A stretch of DNA of 64,000 bases from Octopus bimaculoides (taxonomy: Eukaryota): assembly GCF_001194135.2 (NCBI RefSeq), contig NC_068995.1:1406624-1470623 (forward strand), given 5' to 3'. How positions within the stretch are numbered: position 1 is the stretch's first letter; the number at the start of each line of letters is the position of its first letter. Of the stretch, positions 52,267 through 64,000 are shown piece after piece. Under the pieces are notes generated by a model. That model had not been told where the DNA came from and searched no databases. It saw only the letters and a list, made by a program, of their open reading frames with translations. The translations under genes and the position numbers were made by a program.

Positions 52267-53246
52267 NNNNNNNNNNNNNNNNNNNNNNNNNNNNNNNNNN
52301 NNNNNNNNNNNNNNNNNNNNNNNNNNNNNNNNNNNNNNNNNNNNNNNNNNNNNNNNNNNNNNNNNNNNNNNNNNNNNNNNNNNNNNNNNNNNNNNNNNNN
52401 NNNNNNNNNNNNNNNNNNNNNNNNNNNNNNNNNNNNNNNNNNNNNNNNNNNNNNNNNNNNNNNNNNNNNNNNNNNNNNNNNNNNNNNNNNNNNNNNNNNN
52501 NNNNNNNNNNNNNNNNNNNNNNNNNNNNNNNNNNNNNNNNNNNNNNNNNNNNNNNNNNNNNNNNNNNNNNNNNNNNNNNNNNNNNNNNNNNNNNNNNNNN
52601 NNNNNNNNNNNNNNNNNNNNNNNNNNNNNNNNNNNNNNNNNNNNNNNNNNNNNNNNNNNNNNNNNNNNNNNNNNNNNNNNNNNNNNNNNNNNNNNNNNNN
52701 NNNNNNNNNNNNNNNNNNNNNNNNNNNNNNNNNNNNNNNNNNNNNNNNNNNNNNNNNNNNNNNNNNNNNNNNNNNNNNNNNNNNNNNNNNNNNNNNNNNN
52801 NNNNNNNNNNNNNNNNNNNNNNNNNNNNNNNNNNNNNNNNNNNNNNNNNNNNNNNNNNNNNNNNNNNNNNNNNNNNNNNNNNNNNNNNNNNNNNNNNNNN
52901 NNNNNNNNNNNNNNNNNNNNNNNNNNNNNNNNNNNNNNNNNNNNNNNNNNNNNNNNNNNNNNNNNNNNNNNNNNNNNNNNNNNNNNNNNNNNNNNNNNNN
53001 NNNNNNNNNNNNNNNNNNNNNNNNNNNNNNNNNNNNNNNNNNNNNNNNNNNNNNNNNNNNNNNNNNNNNNNNNNNNNNNNNNNNNNNNNNNNNNNNNNNN
53101 NNNNNNNNNNNNNNNNNNNNNNNNNNNNNNNNNNNNNNNNNNNNNNNNNNNNNNNNNNNNNNNNNNNNNNNNNNNNNNNNNNNNNNNNNNNNNNNNNNNN
53201 NNNNNNNNNNNNNNNNNNNNNNNNNNNNNNNNNNNNNNNNNNNNNN
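52267..53246. other. Largest assembly gap (N-run), one of about 20
   Basis: Run of N. Most gaps abut (TA)n or poly-C/G tracts. Confidence 0.99.
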
Positions 53247-53281
<35 letters not shown>

Positions 53282-53306
53282 CACACAATAATATATATGT
53301 ATATAT

Positions 53307-53345
<39 letters not shown>

Positions 53346-54157
53346 CACACATTAGTCATATGACAAAAAGGATATCTGAAACTCAACACACAGACTGACT
53401 AGACACATCACTACACACATAAGGTTCAAATTAGTACAAAATACATATGTGTGGGTATATATATATGTATATAATATACACACATGTATAGTTTTATACA
53501 CACACACACTTTTACTTCTTTCAGTCATTACACACACACACACACACAATGTTCTCTCTCTCTCTCTCTCATTCCAGTTAACATGTGGAGAAAGTTTCTT
53601 TGAAATCTTTGTTGTTGTTGTTACTGCTGCTGCTGCCAGAAAATGTTTTGAATTCTGTTCATCTTTTACCCATATTGCTCCTAGTTTGGTATGTTCTGTC
53701 TTTATTCAGTCTTCCTACTTCCTTAATTCCTACACCAACACACACACCAACACACACACACTCGCTCCCTCCCTCCTGTTCACTGCCACCACCAGCAATA
53801 TCATCAGGCAAGCAGTTTGTAACATTACTGCAGACCACCACCACCACCACCACCATCACCACCGCCAACGCCATCACTTTGACTTAGCACAGTCGGCACT
53901 TTTAGTTCCCCCTCCACCTCACCATCAGCTCAGCCAAACCATCCCAGCATCCCTTGCTTTTTAATCATTGCTTGTGTACCAACAGCAGCAATGGTGGTGT
54001 ATGTTGGCAGACAGAGAGAGAGAGAGGGGGGGAGAGAGAAAGTGAAATGGTTGAAAGAGAGAAGTGAGAAGGGAGAGAATTAGAGAGAGAGAGAGAAAAA
54101 AGTGCAGTGAGTGAGAAAGAACAAGAGGGAGGTGCAGCAAGAGGGAGAGCTAGAGAA

Positions 54158-54205
<48 letters not shown>

Positions 54206-54564
54206 GATGAAGGTGGTGGAGGTGGAATAAAAGAAATGAAAGACAAAGAGAAGGAAGAGAGAAAGAGGAAACTTTCTTGAAGAAAACCAGAAAGATTATT
54301 GGGGATGGNNNNNNNNNNNNNNNNNNNNNNNNNNNNNNNNNNNNNNNNNNNNNNNNNNNNNNNNNNNNNNNNNNNNNNNNNNNNNNNNNNNNNNNNNNNN
54401 NNNNNNNNNNNNNNNNNNNNNNNNNNNNNNNNNNNNNCCATCTCTTCCACCTCTAATTCCTTATATAGACAGGTCTCAATTCCATGGACTCTTACCCCCC
54501 ACCCAACTCACCCACTTTTCTGGCCTTGTGCCTCTGTAAGAAATTATGGAAGGGCAGAAATGGT

Positions 54565-55020
54565 AAGAGACTGGCAGAATTGGTAGAGTGTCCGACAAAA
54601 TGGTTTGTTCCATCTCTCTCAGTTCTGTGTTTGAATTCTACTGAGGTAAAATTTGTCTTTCATCCCCTCCAGGGGTCAATAAAATAAAGTGCTGGTCAAG
54701 TCCTAGGATTGAGGGTTTCTATTAAATCCCGTCTATCAAGATTTCTGATTTTGTTCCTAAATCAAAAAACTATTTTGATTTTCTATTTTGGGAAGGGGTC
54801 ATTATGGCAGCCATCTTTGTTTTCGTAATTCTGGGTTGGATTGGCAGAATCGCTAGAATGTTAGAAAATATGCCAAGTGCAATTTGATTCAACTGTCTGA
54901 GTTCAAATTATACCAAGATCACCTTTATCCTTCAGGGGTTGATAAAATACTGTACCAGTCAAATACTGGGGCTGATGGTATTTGACTGCTTTCCCCTCAA
55001 AACTTTTAGCTTTCTGCCTC
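54565..55020 (+). mobile_element. Two tandem family B SINE copies (54565-54765, 54835-55020)
   Basis: Each has TGGCAGAAT..TAGA...GAGTT/TTGAATTC...CATCC...AGGGGT..ATAAAATA. Confidence 0.75.
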
Positions 55021-55099
55021 AATTACAAATGGTCATTTAAGACTAAAGAATCCTGAATCTCAAACTTTGCAACTTGGTGACACAGTGGAAACCAAATAG

Positions 55100-55350
55100 T
55101 AAAATAACTACTTCTTGTATTCTTCACATGGGAAGTGAAAAAAAGAAAAGAAAAAAACATTGGTACTTTTCATGCGTGGTAAAAAAAAATAGTTCTCTTA
55201 TATCCGGAAATTATAAATATACTGGCACTGTTTGTATGGAAAACAAAAAGTTATTGGCACTCTTTCTTTGGGAGGTAAAAAAACAAAACTAGCTCCCTTC
55301 ATATGAAAGGTAAAAAAAAACTAATGCCACTCTTCAAACGGGAGGTAAGA
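55100..55350. repeat. Degenerate ~35-40-bp minisatellite
   Basis: Units resembling TGGCACTCTTCATATGGGAGGTAAAAAAAAACTA recur ~6 times. Confidence 0.55.
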
Positions 55351-55884
55351 AGGTATGAGCATTGTTCAATGGAAGGTTGAATAAAACGTGTTTTACAGAT
55401 TAAAGATATTTATTAAAAAACAGAGAAGATTATAGTTTGTTTTGATAAATTATATTTGTAGATAACAAATTTATGAAGAACAAGTTTACACAGATACTTG
55501 AGGATTAGAATGGATTATCTAAAGCCTTTAAATTATAATTTCAAAAATCTGTGATGCACCTGTATACTATTTGCAATACACCAGTGCACTGTCTGAGGTA
55601 AAGTAAGATTGAAAGATTTAGCTTCTATTTCTAACAAATTAGACAACCACATGGAGGTTCTAAGGATACTGGGTCTCAAAGAGCTTCACCATCATGTCAC
55701 AATCAGTAGAATGTCATAAAAACACACTCTGAAGTGTTCAAGTTAAGTCCCTTTCTATTTCAGGTTCAACTTCTGGGGTCAATGGAATACAAGATGAACC
55801 AAAAGGTGATTTCATTGATGAAACCTTTCCCACAAATTCCTTCCCATTTTTCTATAAAAGAGATTATTAATTTAAAAAAATTTT

Positions 55885-56245
55885 TTAATTATTATTATTG
55901 AGTGAGAGAGCATGCCATCAGTGTTACACTGGGGTACAAATATACGAAGCCCAGTATACCCATCATGACTACCCATCTAATAAGGGTACATCATGCACAT
56001 GCATCACAACCACATGTGCATGACATGGCGATCTCATATCAAGATTAACAGCACGTGACCTCACAGGTGGGGCCCAGTTAGAATTTTCTTCAGGATGAGT
56101 AGCCCATCCTGCTCGAAAGGTCCCTGAATAAGGGTTGTTTAAGGATGTTAAACGAAATATTCATGTTTCTGGATGTGTATTATTCAAACCCCAAAGAATT
56201 CTTCTCAACACTGTTTGTGATCAGAGATGCACATATCGTCAGCCA
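55885..56245. mobile_element. Family E interspersed repeat with (ATT)n end
   Basis: Shares ~110 bp with 20065-20172. Begins after ATTATTATTATTGAG in both copies' context. Confidence 0.65.
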
Positions 56246-57178
56246 CCACATATCATCATGCAATGGGACTGAACCTGGAATAATGTGGTTGGTAAGCAAG
56301 TCTTTTACCACGCAGCCATGACTGCAACTGTATATATAGGATTGACAAAAGGGGAGGACACAGCTTAGTAAAGTGAGTATGGGTTTGAATGCCTGGACGA
56401 GTGATCAGTTATGTGGTCAATAAATGGAAGAAAATGAAGAGAGAGGGGAATAGTGTATGTGTGGGTGTGTGACAGTAGCCATCTCACCATATGTCCTGCC
56501 AAATATTCAACAAATGAAGTAGAAAGGAAGGAGGTTAAATGTGAAAGACCCTCCCACCACAATGACCACCAATATTTGAGTAAGTCACGTAACTCTTTCA
56601 CTCCAGTCTGCCTGGCTGATCAACAGATTCCACTCCCTACTTCAGTGTTAAGTGACAAGAAATGCTGAAGTGACATCTAGCAGCAAAAACAATGACTCCA
56701 ACACATGAAATAATGAGAGACCCTCTATGGACTAATCTTGTTAATCTTCTAAGATATAGCAGCCAAATCTTCCTCAAATTACAGTAAATTTATTTTAAAA
56801 AGTATAGAACACATTTGCTGGTGTAGTTCTAGATACACTATGACAGGAAAAAAAAGATGGAGGGTCACAGTCTGCAAAGATTTCATTATAAATCTGCAGG
56901 GTCAAGACTGACCTGGGGTTAAAGAACAACAGGAAGGGACATGTCAAATAATGTAATCCTAAATACACTGAGATGAGATGGGCATGGTTGGAATGCATTT
57001 GATCATAGGTCTGCCGAATTAAGGCTAACAAGAACAGGCACATCAAATTATATACTCCTAGATACACTTGATCTGAAAGCAAAAATGAAATGGTTATGAT
57101 TGGAGCAGCTTGGTTACAGGTCTGTTGCACCAAAGTTGACCAAGGGCTAAACAAGAAGAAGAGGAGGAGGTGGTGGTG

Positions 57179-57213
<35 letters not shown>

Positions 57214-60200
57214 CTTCAAGACAAATAGCTGCTCCATCTACATTAAAATGGATGGAACAAATGTACAGCAGTAAATAGATAAATAAATAAATAGATAGAA
57301 TTTAAAAGATATGGTAAAGTTAGAATTTCTTTTGTCTGCTGGAGTTTTGGTGAAAGAACAGAAAAAAATTGGCGCTTTGAAATCTAAATATTGATGTGAG
57401 AAGATTTAGAAATGGTGCTGACTGTTGGCTGGATTCTTTAAACATTGGAATAATGTGTTGGTAAGATTTAGTCAACAGAAGATGGAGAGGTGGGTGGAGG
57501 ACAGAGGGAGGGGTGGACGTGTGTAAATGTGATTGAGTGCATGCAGGGAAGTCTGTGTGTGTGTGGGTATCTGCAGGTGTATGTATGCGCAGGCTGGTGT
57601 GTATGTGCATGGGTGTGTGTATATTTGTATGAGTGTGTGTGTGTGTGTGAAATGTGTCAACATGTGTCTGGGGAACACATGCGTATGTAATCGGAAGTGT
57701 TTGTATATTTGTGTGTGTGTATACATGAGTGCCTGTATCTGTGAGTATGAGTATGTGTGTGTTGTGTGTGTGTTGTGTGTGTGTGTGTGTGTGTGAGTGT
57801 GATGTATGCTTATTGTCAACTCAATGATCCAAGTCTGTCTCCTTAGTAGCAGACAAATCTTCATTAGCAGGAAATAAGTTTAAATAAGTGAAAGGTACTA
57901 GACATGTAGCACAATGGAGGTATTGGACATGTAATACACATGGAGCAGACATGTAGTACACTGGGGCTGTGGATAATAAACATTTGGATGACTGGAGCAC
58001 CTTTGTACGACAGGATGGTCATGACTAGACCCCGCTTTGCATGACAGCTCTAATGGGTCAGGTCTGACCTGGAGCTATGCAACAATGGTCACCACAACCA
58101 CAAAAGTCTCACAGGGTTGTCATGGCTGGAATGTCTTTGGATAAGAGTTGATCTGGTGACTAAACAATGACGAGACAGTAACTCCACAGGATGGCCAATA
58201 CTGGACCACTTCAGTACACAGGCTCTATTGGGGGGGGGGTNNNNNNNNNNNNNNNNNNNNNNNNNNNNNNNNNNNNNNNNNNNNNNNNNNNNNNNNNNNN
58301 NNNNNNNNNNNNNNNNNNNNNNNNNNNNNNNNNNNNNNNNNNNNNNNNNNNNNNNNNNNNNNNNNNNNNNNNNNNNNNNNNNNNNNNNNNNNNNNNNNNN
58401 NNNNNNNNNNNNNNNNNNNNNNNNNNNNNNNNNNNNNNNNNNNNNNNNNNNNNNNNNNNNNNNNNNNNNNNNNNNNNNNNNNNNNNNNNNNNNNNNNNNN
58501 NNNNNNNNNNNNNNNNNNNNNNNNNNNNNNNNNNNNNNNNNNNNNNNNNNNNNNNNNNNNNNNNNNNNNNNNNNNNNNNNNNNNNNNNNNNNNNNNNNNN
58601 NNNNNNNNNNNNNNNNNNNNNNNNNNNNNNNNNNNNNNNNNNNNNNNNNNNNNNNNNNNNNNNNNNNNNNNNNNNNNNNNNNNNNNNATATATATATATA
58701 TATACACACACATATATATATATTATGTGTGTAAGAGAGAGAAAGAGAAACAGATAGAATTACATGGAGTGATTTGGGAAAGAGAGAAAGATAGATTGAT
58801 ATATATACAAACAGAGACAGAAGTAATTGGAGTGAGTGGGTGGGAGTGGTGGAAATGTGTGAAAATAAAAATAAAAAAAAAAGAGAAAGAAAAAAGAAGA
58901 TAAATAAAAGTAAGACTTCCTCTCCCATATTTCTCTCTCTCTCACTTCTCCCCATCGGAAGAGCGTGAAGAAATGTGATACCAAGAATGCTGGGATAGAT
59001 AACAGTTTCGACCCCTCCCCCTCCTCTTCCCCTCACAGTTAACCCAGATCTCTCACCTTACTAACTCCTCCTCTTTCTTCCACTCCCAACAAGGGCAGGG
59101 GTAGGGCTGGCATTCTTGTTGTGATTAACCATAGGTCAGCTAATGTTCCAGCTATGACCAACCCAACTTAATGTTTCTCTGACTATCCAATAACCCAGGA
59201 GGTCCTGCTCTCCTTCAAGAATATAAATTATGGCTTGAAGGCAATGTGGCAGTTGTTTCTAGCAGGTCAAGCAACCACATAATGCCGACTCCCTCCCTCA
59301 TTACACTTGTTGTAGTTGTTGCCGTTGGTGATGCTGACGTGACTGTTATTGTCATTTAACCCCAGGTTAAACCTGACTAAGCAGGCCTATGACCAAAGCC
59401 ATCCCAACTGCGACCATCCAGTCTATTTTAGATTTATCCTGGACAACATCAAAAGTAGATGGCTGGCTGACATCTGCAGTAACGAGGAAATAATCCAGTT
59501 CACCAAGGGGATCACACTGTGTATCTCTTATGCTCACTTTCTTGTACCTTATTTGTTTTTCCAGCACCCCATTGTTACCATCTTTATCGTCACCCCAGCT
59601 ACCCACTTATATAACGTGAGGAAGCACTGTATCTGCGATTACAAAGGCACCTGCTTGTCCCTCTGTCATACTTAAGCCTTTCATAAAACCCTTTATCCAT
59701 CCTCTCAAATATTCCCCACCATTACGGAGTCATGTGGGCTCCCCCCACCCAGTTCTTTTCTTGCCTTTCAATTTACATGTCAAACGTCGCTGGTGCCCAC
59801 AGCACCAAAAAAAGGTACCCAGTACACATTTGGCATTAGCTGTCGAGAACATGGCAAAGCTCAAGGCAGTCCTGAGGATCACCAGATCTTGTCAAACTGT
59901 CCAAACCATGCTGACATGGGATATAAATGTTAAAATGATGATGACAATGATATATATANNNNNNNNNNNNNNNNNNNNNNNNNNNNNNNNNNNNNNNNNN
60001 NNNNNNNNNNNNNNNNNNNNNNNNNNNNNNNNNNNNNNNNNNNNNNNNNNNNNNNNNNNNNNNNNNNNNNNNNNNNNNNNNNNNNNNNNNNNNNNNNNNN
60101 NNNNNNNNNNNNNNNNNNNNNNNNNNNNNNNNNNNNNNNNNNNNNNNNNNNNNNNNNNNNNNNNNNNNNNNNNNNNNNNNNNNNNNNNNNNNNNNNNNNN

Positions 60201-60763
60201 NNNNNNNNNNNNNNNNNNNNNNNNNNNNNNNNNNNNNNNNNNNNNNNNNNNNNNNNNNNNNNNNNNNNNNNNNNNNNNNNNNNNNNNNNNNNNNNNNNNN
60301 NNNNNNNNNNNNNNNNNNNNNNNNNNNNNNNNNNNNNNNNNNNNNNNNNNNNNNNNNNNNNNNNNNNNNNNNNNNNNNNNNNNNNNNNNNNNNNNNNNNN
60401 NNNNNNNNNNNNNNNNNNNNNNNNNNNNNNNNNNNNNNNNNNNNNNNNNNNNNNNNNNNNNNNNNNNNNNNNNNNNNNNNNNNNNTCATAGGTTGGCAGG
60501 ATCAGAACTAACAACAAACGCACCCAGAGTTGAAAAAGTGGTTATTTAATCCCTTTTAGGGCTCTGGAAATATGGGGGACAAAATGAAGGAGCATGTTGA
60601 GATAGGAGGGGGGAAAAAGAATGGGAGTAGGGTGGGGTGTTGAGATGTATGTCTGTAATTATTGCCTGGAATTATCAGGGTTCTTTTTGGGAAGGGACCA
60701 GAAACTTTTAAAAATCATTTTAGGGATTTCATTCAAATTTTTTCTGTTATTTTAAGAAAACTA

Positions 60764-60799
<36 letters not shown>

Positions 60800-62099
60800 A
60801 CACATTCTCAATACAAAGTTTACTTGGAGCTTATAGTGGTGGTGTTGGGGAGACATCTTTTTCAAGTATATTTTTTTCCTTCTCAATTAGTTTTCCATAT
60901 GCTCCAACAACAATAAAAACATTACCAATACTGGGTTACGCTCTTGTGTAAAGGAATCATTCGCACACATACACACACTTACAAACATCCAGGAGGTCTG
61001 TAAAACTGAAGTTACAGAAGACTTCCAAATTAGCCAAAGTTTAAAATTGCCATTTATGTATCATACTAAAAATCCGCACACTGTTAGAAGGCATGATGCT
61101 ATGGAACTGTCTGAGATAAACATTGTTGCTGTGCCTTATAGGAACAACAGATATATTTCCTCTTTGTTGCAGCTCATCAATGCCAAGCTCTCAGTTGTTA
61201 CCTGCTTAAATGAAATTCCTTGCCTCTCTATACAAGAAACAAGGAATAAAACATTCAGTAGTATTGTAGAAACTTGCCAAGCTGTAGAAAGAAATTAACT
61301 GGCTGAGTATTCCTGAGACATTAGTGCACCCTTAATGTAATCCTCCTCAGGTAGAATTGGTGTGACATGGTGTGACAAGGCTGAAATTTTAAATTACAAG
61401 TACAATCCAATTAAAAGGCTTCCATACAGTTTCCGTCCACCAAATTTTACTCACAAGGTATGAGGTAGCTCATAGCCATAGAAAGTAACATCCATCCAAT
61501 GTCCTGAGGTGAGATTTGAACCTTGGGACTTTGTGGTTGTGAAGGGAACTTCTAAACCATTCCACACACACACACACACACACATTAATCAGTTGTAAAG
61601 TTATGTCAGTGACTCACCAATTAATTAACACACACACACACACACATACTGTCTTATGTAGTGAGTTCTATTTCTCCAGTTTGTTCCACCAAAACATGCA
61701 CACACACATGTATGTATGTATGTATGTATGTATACATTCACAGAGGAAAATGTCCCAAGCTTATTATGCAAATATGATAGGTAGACAAATATCTGGATAT
61801 AAAATAACATTAGAAAGACTCTTTTTTTTTTAGTTACAGCAAAGTTCAGAGGTCAATCGTAATAGTGTTCAATGGCAGGAGGGTGTCATATTATCAAGAT
61901 GGGAAGACAGACACACATAGAATAGATCATAAATATTACCCTGCTGCTAGCATCCCTCTCCCCTCGACCCTTCCCAATCTTTACAGATGTTGCCTACTGA
62001 CCTCCCTCACTCCCACTTCACCTGTCTCCCCCCCCACCATTCCTACCAAGGTGCCACCTGGATATCTTATCACCATTATCTCTTTAGAAACACTATCAA

Positions 62100-62139
<40 letters not shown>

Positions 62140-62249
62140 TAAATGTGAGTAGCCACCATGTTGCTCCTCTACAAGAACCTGCTCCACCCCAACCTCTTCC
62201 CTCATACCTTGACCCCCCCACATCTAGCATAAGGGTACAACATCTCTCC

Positions 62250-62495
62250 TGCCCTGGGTTTGTTGACTTGTGAGGTACATGGTGACCTCAATAGGGATGG
62301 TGCCATGAAAAAAAGGCATCCAGTCCATACTGTATGAAGTGGTTGGCATTAGGAATGGCATCCAGCCATAGAAATGATGCCAAAGCAGGCGCTGGAGCAT
62401 GATGCAGTTGTATGAATCATTGGATTCTCGTCAAACTGTGTCCAATCCCTGCCTGGATGCAATCTGGACGTTAAATAATCAGGATGATAATGATG
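62250..62495 (+). mobile_element. Family D repeat, diverged
   Basis: GGTTGGCATTAGGAATGGCATCCAGCCATAGAAA...GGACGTTAAAT..GATGATAATGATG. Confidence 0.7.
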
Positions 62496-62775
62496 CTGAT
62501 GCTGATTTATAGACACTCAAAATCTTCCTTGCTTTAACACAGGACATGTTTTGCATGGAAGACAGAAAGTGAACAACCTAACGTTCATTCTCCTTCACAA
62601 CTGATGCAAAATGTTGTGACAAGGAGTACACACACACACACACACACGTGCGCAAATACATTTCAAACTTAACTAGATTTCTTCAGAGGGACGTATTGAA
62701 TTTTATGATTATGAATTCTTGAAATCATGAATCTGAAATATTACTGAAGAAGTCTGATTTTGATTGAAATAAATG

Positions 62776-63337
62776 GGATCTATTTTAAAACGGGGGCCAC
62801 ATTTTTCATTAATGTTTTACGTAGTGCTTTTGGTACCGAAAGACTTTCAAACTTCGTATACTTATCTATTTTGTGTTGTAGAACAGAAAAATATTTTTGT
62901 ATTCGAATTTATTTCATGTAAAAAATTGTCTTATTTCGATAATTTCAACCAATCACTGACGTCCATTCAGCCGATATACATTAAGTGCCGACTACATAAA
63001 CAAACGATTCTTTGTTTTATTTGCTTTTTTCATTNNNNNNNNNNGGTTAGAGTTAGGGTTAGGGTTAGGGTTAATTGTTTCAGAATCGTTTGTTTATGTA
63101 GTCGGCACTTAATGTATATCGGCTGAATGGACGTCAGTGATTGGTTGAAATTACAGAAATACGACAACTTTAACATGGAATAATTTATGGATTTCTTTTT
63201 TTTTTAAGAAGACTAAGAGAAAAAGATGTTTTATATGACACATTCTACCAGTGATCCAAGTTTCAAAGTGTTTCGTTAATGAAAAATGTGGTTTCGTTAA
63301 TGAAAAATGTGGCCCCCCGCCGTTTTAAAAAGGATCC
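62776..63337. mobile_element. Foldback MITE (DNA transposon derivative) with 8-bp TSD and central (TTAGGG)n
   Basis: TSD AATAAATG at 62768-62775 and 63338-63345. TIRs GGATCTATTTTAAAACGGGGGCCACATTTTTCATTAA / reverse complement. Perfect 71-bp inner inverted arms 62941-63011 / 63082-63152. Confidence 0.85.
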
Positions 63338-63464
63338 AATAAATGTGTGACAAGAATGTTACTTTTTTGTTTTAAATTTCAGTTTGAAATTTAATATTAA
63401 TGATATTTACATAGACTATAAAAAAAAAATGCATGAAGACAAGAAGAGGAGGTATCTGAAATCA

Positions 63465-63640
63465 TCATCATTTAACATCCATTTTCTATGTTGGCATAGG
63501 TTTGATAGGAACTGGCAAGCTGAAGAGTAGCACCAAGCCCCAGTTGTCTGCTTTGGAAAGGTTTCTACAGCTGATGCCCTTCCTAATGCCAGCCATGTTT
63601 CGGAGTGTAATGGGCATTTTTTTATATGGTACCAAAATGG
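63465..63640 (-). mobile_element. Family D repeat, diverged
   Basis: ATCATCATCATTTAACATCC...GGTTTCTACAGCTGATGCCCTTCCTAATGCC. Confidence 0.7.
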
Positions 63641-64000
63641 GTACTTTTTACTTAAATCAAAAATTTAGAAATATAAATCTCCAAAACTGAAATTTAAATT
63701 AAAAATCAACTTAATTTCAAATTCCAGTTTGTGTGTGTGTGTTTTGTTTAATTTAGCTTTTACACTTAGAAAAATATTTATTTTGATCAATAAATAAATT
63801 TTGAAAATATGTCAAATTTATTGAGTTCAAACAGAAAATAAGAAAAAAATTATTGGTTATCTTTCATCTGGTTCGATATATCCTTTAGTATCATATTACA
63901 CACACACACTAAACACATATAGTAAAATTCACACACACACACACACAAATAGAGATATACACACATCCAGATACATATATACACACAAACAGGCAATATT

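Noticed and set aside
53578-53688. Plus-strand acceptor/donor pair (attccag|TTAAC...TTTG|gtatgt)
   Set aside because: The acceptor derives from (CT)n and the body is largely (GTT)n(GCT)n low-complexity sequence.

Overview
Eukaryotic, AT-rich, very repeat-dense DNA from a gapped short-read scaffold (about 20 N-gaps, roughly 5.5 kb). The microsatellite load and interspersed repeat families resemble a coleoid cephalopod (Octopus-type) genome. That assignment is inferred from repeat style and is not verified. I recognise no protein-coding gene, rRNA, genuine tRNA gene or CRISPR array. Nearly all ORFs in the supplied track are microsatellite translations, gap-spanning artefacts or repeat fragments. 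The window reads as intron or intergenic DNA containing: (1) many copies of three tRNA-headed SINE-like families plus a LINE-tail family; (2) decayed non-LTR retrotransposon coding fragments (RTE, RTE/RTEX-like, R4/Dong-like RT, Penelope-like RT); (3) MITE/foldback elements; (4) micro- and minisatellites; (5) a few low-confidence candidate exons. The most interesting signals are RNA-structural. They are a foldback element combining a tRNA-like B-box segment with a minimal hammerhead-ribozyme-like motif (12.7-12.9 kb), a second minimal hammerhead-like motif (47.2 kb), several near-perfect inverted repeats that would give long dsRNA if transcribed, and a foldback MITE with an 8-bp TSD and a TTAGGG core (62.8-63.3 kb).
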